Below, one piece after another: positions 59,534-64,000 of a DNA stretch of 64,000 nt. Numbering within the stretch: position 1 is the stretch's first letter; every line of letters starts with the position of its first letter. Origin of the DNA: Nitrospirota bacterium (GTDB lineage Bacteria; Nitrospirota; UBA9217). A program made the translations under genes and the position numbers. The notes beneath the pieces were generated by a model that had not been told where the DNA came from, searched no databases, and was given only the letters and a program-made list of their open reading frames with translations. The DNA is taken from positions 384,001 to 448,000 of the forward strand of contig CAWIYV010000007.1 of assembly GCA_963840455.1 (NCBI GenBank), in the 5' to 3' direction.

Positions 59534-59983
59534 CTATTGTTCGTCGGCAATCCTGTATTTCTTTTTTAAGACTTGCGTTACGCGTGTTGCGTCGTATATT
59601 AAGCCATCGCCTTCCGGTTTTTCTTTGAAACAGAGAATTGTATTCGACGCACTTGGCATAGAAATATCATATGTTTCACCGCCAGGCGTGGTCGTTATCT
59701 GGGACGGCGTAGTATATGCGGAAACTGATGAGTCTTTAACGGATTTAACAATGACAAAATATCTGAATCCATTTTGAAGAGTCAATTCCGCTGAGCGGAG
59801 GAGAGCAAAATCGGATTCTATTTCATGGCCTGTATAACTATTTCCCCGAAAACTTACTTGGAATATATTGTCGCCAAGTTGACTTTCAGAATATCCACCG
59901 GTGAAACCTTCCGGTTGATACTTCGTTGCAGCACAGCCCATAAGAAAGATAACCAATGCAAAGAGAATGAGGAATATTCGCAT
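59534..59983 (-). CDS. Low-GC lipoprotein (CC0125/CC1285-like)
   Basis: Lipobox LMGC; YQP...GGYSESQL, VSFRGNSYT, FALLRSAELTL..GFRYF. Confidence 0.75.
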   Translation of the reverse strand: MRIFLILFALVIFLMGCAATKYQPEGFTGGYSESQLGDNIFQVSFRGNSYTGHEIESDFALLRSAELTLQNGFRYFVIVKSVKDSSVSAYTTPSQITTTPGGETYDISMPSASNTILCFKEKPEGDGLIYDATRVTQVLKKKYRIADEQ

Positions 59984-60255
59984 AAATTACCCCCCCCTTA
60001 ATGAAATATTATCATAAAGCATCGCGAAAGGTTTAGATATGTGGAGTACCGACGCGGCACGGAGAAAGCACGGACAAGACACGGACGCGGGGACTTGGGG
60101 ATAGGAAATATAAGCCCTTCTACGGGGGCGTTATGAGGTCTTATAGGTCCGGCGTGTTTTAAGGGCCTGAAATTGCCATTGACCTGTTTAGGAGAAAAGA
60201 ACCATGAAAAACAAGAAGACACCGGAGACGGTGATAGGGAATGCTGTGAGTCTAT

Positions 60256-60420
60256 TGGCTGGTCATGAAGGGCGTCGATCTGGCAACGGTCAAGGAACTC
60301 CTGGGTCATGCAGATATCAAGATGACTTTGCGCTACGCATATCTGGCATTGGCGCATAAGAAAAAAGCCATCGATATACTTCGGAGGGAAGATCAGGATG
60401 GCAGCGGTGAAGCAGTCTGA
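60256..60420 (+). pseudogene. Tyrosine recombinase C-terminal remnant
   Basis: Translated by hand: WLVMKGVDLATVKELLGHADIKMTLRYAYL; the upstream part is missing. Confidence 0.85.
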
Positions 60421-60467
60421 ACAGTTGCGAAATGCTGATACTGCACAATTTACATCACAGTCCAAAG

Positions 60468-60498
60468 AAAAAGGGTTATCCGTTACGGATAACCCCTT
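60468..60498 (-). terminator. Intrinsic terminator after tRNA-Gly
   Basis: GGGTTATCCG-N3-CGGATAACCC with a T-run on the minus strand. Confidence 0.75.
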
Positions 60499-60506
60499 GA
60501 TAATAA

Positions 60507-60582
60507 TGGAGCGGGTGGCGGGACTCGAACCCGTGACCTCAACCTTGGCAAGGTCGCGCTCTACCAACTGAGCTACACCCGC
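60507..60582 (-). tRNA. tRNA-Gly (GCC)
   Basis: GCGGGTG acceptor stem, TTGCCAA anticodon loop, TTCGAGT T-loop, CCA end. Confidence 0.96.
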
Positions 60583-60798
60583 GCTCTTTTTGAGCAGGGA
60601 CAAATATAACAAAACCGGTCTTATCTTGTCAACAGAAAAGTAGTTCCATCGCGACATAACTGACGCAGGCACCGTACTTTTTTCGCCGCAGCCATACCGC
60701 GCTGCGGGTTTTGAGGTGTTGACTCTCCCGGTCCAGTGTGGTATTTATACAAGTGTTCAAACAGCCGTTATTCCGATCCAGGAGGTAGGAAAAGCAGT

Positions 60799-61647
60799 AT
60801 GAATACGATAAAAACAGTGGTTCTTTTGACCTTTTTGACGGTGCTGCTCGTGTTCGTGGGCGGAGCGATCGGCGGCAGGAGCGGCATGATCATCGCCTTC
60901 GGCATGGCACTGGTCATGAACTTCGTGTCCTACTGGTTCAGCGACAAGATCGTCCTGTCCATGTACCACGCCCAGCCGGTCACCGAGGCGCAGGCCCCGG
61001 ACCTGTATGGTTCTGTGCGCAGGCTCAGCCAGAAGGCTGGCCTGCCCATGCCCAAGGTCTACATCATCCCGGAGCAGGCGCTCAACGCCTTTGCCACGGG
61101 CCGGAACCCGGAGCACGGCGTCGTGGCCGTGACTGAGGGGATCCTGCGGGCGCTGTCCCGTGAGGAACTGGAGGGTGTGCTCTCCCATGAACTGTCGCAC
61201 ATCAAGCACCGCGACATCCTGACCGGCACCATCGTGGCGACCATCGCCGGCGCGATCAGCATGCTGGCACAGATGGCGCAGTGGGCGATGCTCTTCGGCG
61301 GCGGCAGGCGGGACGACGACGAGGGCGGCAGCCCGATCGTGGCCCTGGTCATGATGATCGTGGCGCCCATCGCGGCCATGCTGGTGCAGATGGCCATCTC
61401 GCGCACGCGGGAATACGAGGCCGACAAGGGCGGCGCGCAGATCGCGGGAAATCCCTACGGTCTCGTGAACGCGCTCCAGAAGCTCGAACAGGCTGCGCAG
61501 GTCGTACCGATGCAGGACGCGAAGCCCGCAACGGCGCACATGTTCATCGTGAACCCGCTGACGGGCGGTGGGCTCATGAAACTGTTCAGCACCCATCCGC
61601 CGATCGCGGAGCGGGTGAAGAGGCTGAGAGAGCTGGCCCGGGGATAA
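60799..61647 (+). CDS. htpX: Zinc metalloprotease HtpX
   Basis: [31 protein letters not shown]. Confidence 0.95.
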   Translation: MNTIKTVVLLTFLTVLLVFVGGAIGGRSGMIIAFGMALVMNFVSYWFSDKIVLSMYHAQPVTEAQAPDLYGSVRRLSQKAGLPMPKVYIIPEQALNAFATGRNPEHGVVAVTEGILRALSREELEGVLSHELSHIKHRDILTGTIVATIAGAISMLAQMAQWAMLFGGGRRDDDEGGSPIVALVMMIVAPIAAMLVQMAISRTREYEADKGGAQIAGNPYGLVNALQKLEQAAQVVPMQDAKPATAHMFIVNPLTGGGLMKLFSTHPPIAERVKRLRELARG

Positions 61648-61672
61648 CCATTCTCTCATGTGATCCAGGTAC

Positions 61673-61706
61673 AGCCCTGCCGGCACGTCGGCAGGGCTTT
61701 TCTTTT
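61673..61706 (+). terminator. Intrinsic terminator after htpX
   Basis: AGCCCTGCCG..CGGCAGGGCT + TTTCTTTT. Confidence 0.8.
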
Positions 61707-61812
61707 CCGCTTTCCGGGCGTGTCGCATCGGCGGAGTCCGGCAGTATTGCCTTGAAAATCCCGCAACCCTGTGATAAGTTGATGATCGATCAGCGGCCAT
61801 GGAAAATCCAGG

Positions 61813-61920
61813 AGCGAGCGCAATTCCCGCAGCCTGATGCGGGGTTAGCGAGCGATTAGGATGACGAAACTACCGTGAGGATCGAAGATTCCCTGCAGCT
61901 TGCTGCAGGGAGCTTCAATT
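61813..61920. mobile_element. Small two-hairpin element, possibly non-autonomous IS200/IS605-like
   Basis: Related hairpins CCCGCAGCCTGATGCGGG and CCCTGCAGC-TT-GCTGCAGGG, 65 bp apart. Confidence 0.5.
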
Positions 61921-61942
61921 GCCCGTTGAAGGAGGTGTTGAC

Positions 61943-62350
61943 GTGCGGTACCGGTATATTTCCTACAAATATTCCCGCAAGGTGAGCCCGGACACGGCGC
62001 TCCAGAACATCTGGGAGACCTTCGGCACCTGGGCAATGCCGGTTGCTTCCGGGTGGCGGCCGCCGACGGACGTCTTCGAGACACCCGACCAGCTTATCGT
62101 CCTGATCGAGGTCGCCGGGGTTACCGAGGAGGACATCAGCGTGACCCTGTTTAGTGATCTCCTGGTGGTGGAGGGGGTCCGCGAACAGCCGCAGTTCTTC
62201 AAGGGGGGCATGTCGGCCTGCCACCAGCTGGGGATCAAGTACGGCGATTTCCGCTCCGAGGTCTACATCCCGGTCAACGTGGACCACGACAACGTGACGG
62301 CGGAATACAAGAACGGCCTGCTCAAGATCGTCCTGCGGAAGATCGGATGA
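61943..62350 (+). CDS. Hsp20/alpha-crystallin small heat-shock protein
   Basis: WRPPTDVFET, EVAGV, YGDFR, AEYKNGLLKIVL; GTG start after GGAGG. Confidence 0.9.
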   Translation: MRYRYISYKYSRKVSPDTALQNIWETFGTWAMPVASGWRPPTDVFETPDQLIVLIEVAGVTEEDISVTLFSDLLVVEGVREQPQFFKGGMSACHQLGIKYGDFRSEVYIPVNVDHDNVTAEYKNGLLKIVLRKIG

Positions 62351-62432
62351 TCCGCACATGAATATCCGGCAGGGATTCAAAGGACTGTTCCAAAAACGTG
62401 CGCAACCCACGCAACCAACGAGGAGCAACGAG

Positions 62433-64000
62433 ATGGAAGACAAACTCGAGGCACAACCTGAAAAGATACCGCCGGTGCCCGCGGAGCTGCCGCTCCTTCC
62501 GCTGAAGGACACGGTGGTCTATCCGATGACGGTCTACCCGCTCGTGATCGGCAAGGAAAAGTCCATCAAGCTGATCAACGACATCACGGTGGGGGACAAG
62601 ATCCTGGCACTCACGGCCCAGAAGAGGACGGACGTGGAGGTTGCAAGTCCCGGCGATGTGTACACCGTCGGCACCATGGCGCGCATCCTCCAGATGGTCA
62701 AGGCGCCCGACGGCACGCTCCGGGTGCTGGTCCAGGGGATCGAACGCATCGCCATCGAGGGGTTCGTCCAGAACGAACCGTTCATCCGGGCGAAAGTGAC
62801 GGCGAAGCCGGACGCAAGCGAAAAGACGGTCCCCATCGAGGCGCTGATGCGCGGGCTTGCCGAGCTGTTCCAGAAGATGGTGTCGCTCACGCCGAACATG
62901 CCCGAGGAGCTCTCGGCGGCGGCGCTCAACATCGAGGATCCGCGTCAGCTCACCTACCTGGTGGCGACGAACATCCGCCTGGAGCTCGGGCAGCGTCAGG
63001 AGATCCTGGAGATCGACCCCGTTGCCGAGAAGATGAACCGGCTCATGCTGGTACTGAACCGGGAGATCGAGGTCTTGGAGCTGGGCAGGAAGATCCAGGG
63101 CCAGGCCAAGGACCAGATGCAGAAGGCGGAGCGGGAGTACATCCTGCGGCAGCAGCTCTCTGCCATCCGCAAGGAGCTAGGCGAGGAGTCGGACGACGGC
63201 TCGGAGACAAAGAGCCTGCGCGAGAAGATCGAACAGGCGAAGCTGCCGCCCGAGGCCGAGAAGGAGGCGAAGCGCGAACTGTCGCGCATGGAGAAGCTGA
63301 ACCAGACCTCGCCCGAGTATTCCGTGATCCGTACCTATCTCGAGTGGATGACCGGCCTGCCGTGGAATACGCTCTCGGCGTCTCCCATCGACATTGCGAA
63401 GGCGAAGGAGACGCTGGATGCGGACCACTACGGCCTGGAGAAGGTCAAGGATCGCATCCTGGAGTACCTGGCTGTGAAGAAGCTGGGCGACGAGCGCGGT
63501 GCAGGAGAGGGGACGCGGATGCGCGAGCCTATCCTGTGCTTTGCCGGCCCTCCTGGCGTGGGCAAGACGTCCCTGGGCCAGTCCATCGCCCGGGCGCTGA
63601 ATCGGAAGTTCGTCCGGCTGTCGCTCGGCGGACTGCATGATGAAGCAGAGATCCGCGGACACCGCCGCACCTATATTGGCGCCATGCCCGGACGTATCAT
63701 CCAGGTCCTGAAACGCGTGGAGACGCGCGACCCGGTCATCATGCTGGATGAGGTGGACAAGGTGGGCGCTGATTGGCGGGGCGACCCGTCATCAGCGCTG
63801 CTGGAGGTGCTGGACCCGGAGCAGAACAAGGACTTCCGGGACAACTACCTCGACGTTCCCTTCGACCTTTCCAAGGTTATGTTCATAACCACGGCGAACC
63901 AGCTCGAGACCATCCCGGCGCCGCTCCTGGACCGCATGGAGGTGCTCCGACTGTCGGGATACACGGAGCACGAGAAGCTGAACATAGCGAAAAAATACCT
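62433..64000 (+). CDS. lon: ATP-dependent Lon protease (3'-truncated by window; absent from the ORF track)
   Basis: Translated by hand: LPLLPLKDTVVYP, DHYGLEKVKDRILEYLAV, GPPGVGKTSL, DEAEIRGHRRTYIGAMPG, LDEVDK. Confidence 0.96.
   Translation, partial: MEDKLEAQPEKIPPVPAELPLLPLKDTVVYPMTVYPLVIGKEKSIKLINDITVGDKILALTAQKRTDVEVASPGDVYTVGTMARILQMVKAPDGTLRVLVQGIERIAIEGFVQNEPFIRAKVTAKPDASEKTVPIEALMRGLAELFQKMVSLTPNMPEELSAAALNIEDPRQLTYLVATNIRLELGQRQEILEIDPVAEKMNRLMLVLNREIEVLELGRKIQGQAKDQMQKAEREYILRQQLSAIRKELGEESDDGSETKSLREKIEQAKLPPEAEKEAKRELSRMEKLNQTSPEYSVIRTYLEWMTGLPWNTLSASPIDIAKAKETLDADHYGLEKVKDRILEYLAVKKLGDERGAGEGTRMREPILCFAGPPGVGKTSLGQSIARALNRKFVRLSLGGLHDEAEIRGHRRTYIGAMPGRIIQVLKRVETRDPVIMLDEVDKVGADWRGDPSSALLEVLDPEQNKDFRDNYLDVPFDLSKVMFITTANQLETIPAPLLDRMEVLRLSGYTEHEKLNIAKKY

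Larger units (their letters stand above)
59395..60551. mobile_element. Decayed integrative islet at tRNA-Gly
   Basis: 46-bp direct repeats, integrase remnant, low-GC cargo gene. Confidence 0.82.

Noticed and set aside
59990-59997. G8 tract (minus strand) as a phase-variation switch
   Set aside because: Short, and positioned as the ribosome-binding site; no evidence of variation
60256-60420. Integrase stub as the missing intI
   Set aside because: It lies inside the tRNA-bounded islet 2.6 kb from attI and looks like a phage/island integrase tail; the IntI-specific region is not present to evaluate

Overview
GC-rich bacterial chromosome segment. The gene set suggests Nitrospirota or Desulfobacterota, but the sequence alone cannot settle this. 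All family calls come from motif recognition, not database searches. Left to right: the 3' part of feoB and a DtxR/FeoA regulator; an Rrf2-led cbb3 oxidase operon (ccoNOQP-GIS); TetR-TolC-RND efflux; mqnA and a CDF transporter; a bacterial sphingolipid cluster (reductase, Spt, ceramide-synthase-like GNAT, CTP-dependent lipid kinase, Aur1-like PAP2); a TolC-START-MacAB-like exporter; a minus-strand putative metal (Cu) uptake operon headed by a candidate arrest/leader peptide and a long RNA hairpin; housekeeping genes (mobA, tatA, recJ, rel, ridA, dnaE, tRNA-Cys, dus, adh); a variable region; then htpX, hsp20 and lon (partial). The most unusual feature is at 55.0-60.6 kb. There, a lexA/umuD-like + Y-family polymerase pair is split by an integron-like platform with no integrase gene. 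The platform consists of a BrnT-type TA pair, a 116-aa unknown gene, five copies of a 16-bp palindrome (CATCTAC-N2-GTAGATG), an attI-like core and two low-GC cassettes with 60-bp attC-like sites. Next to it is a decayed 1.1-kb islet at tRNA-Gly.
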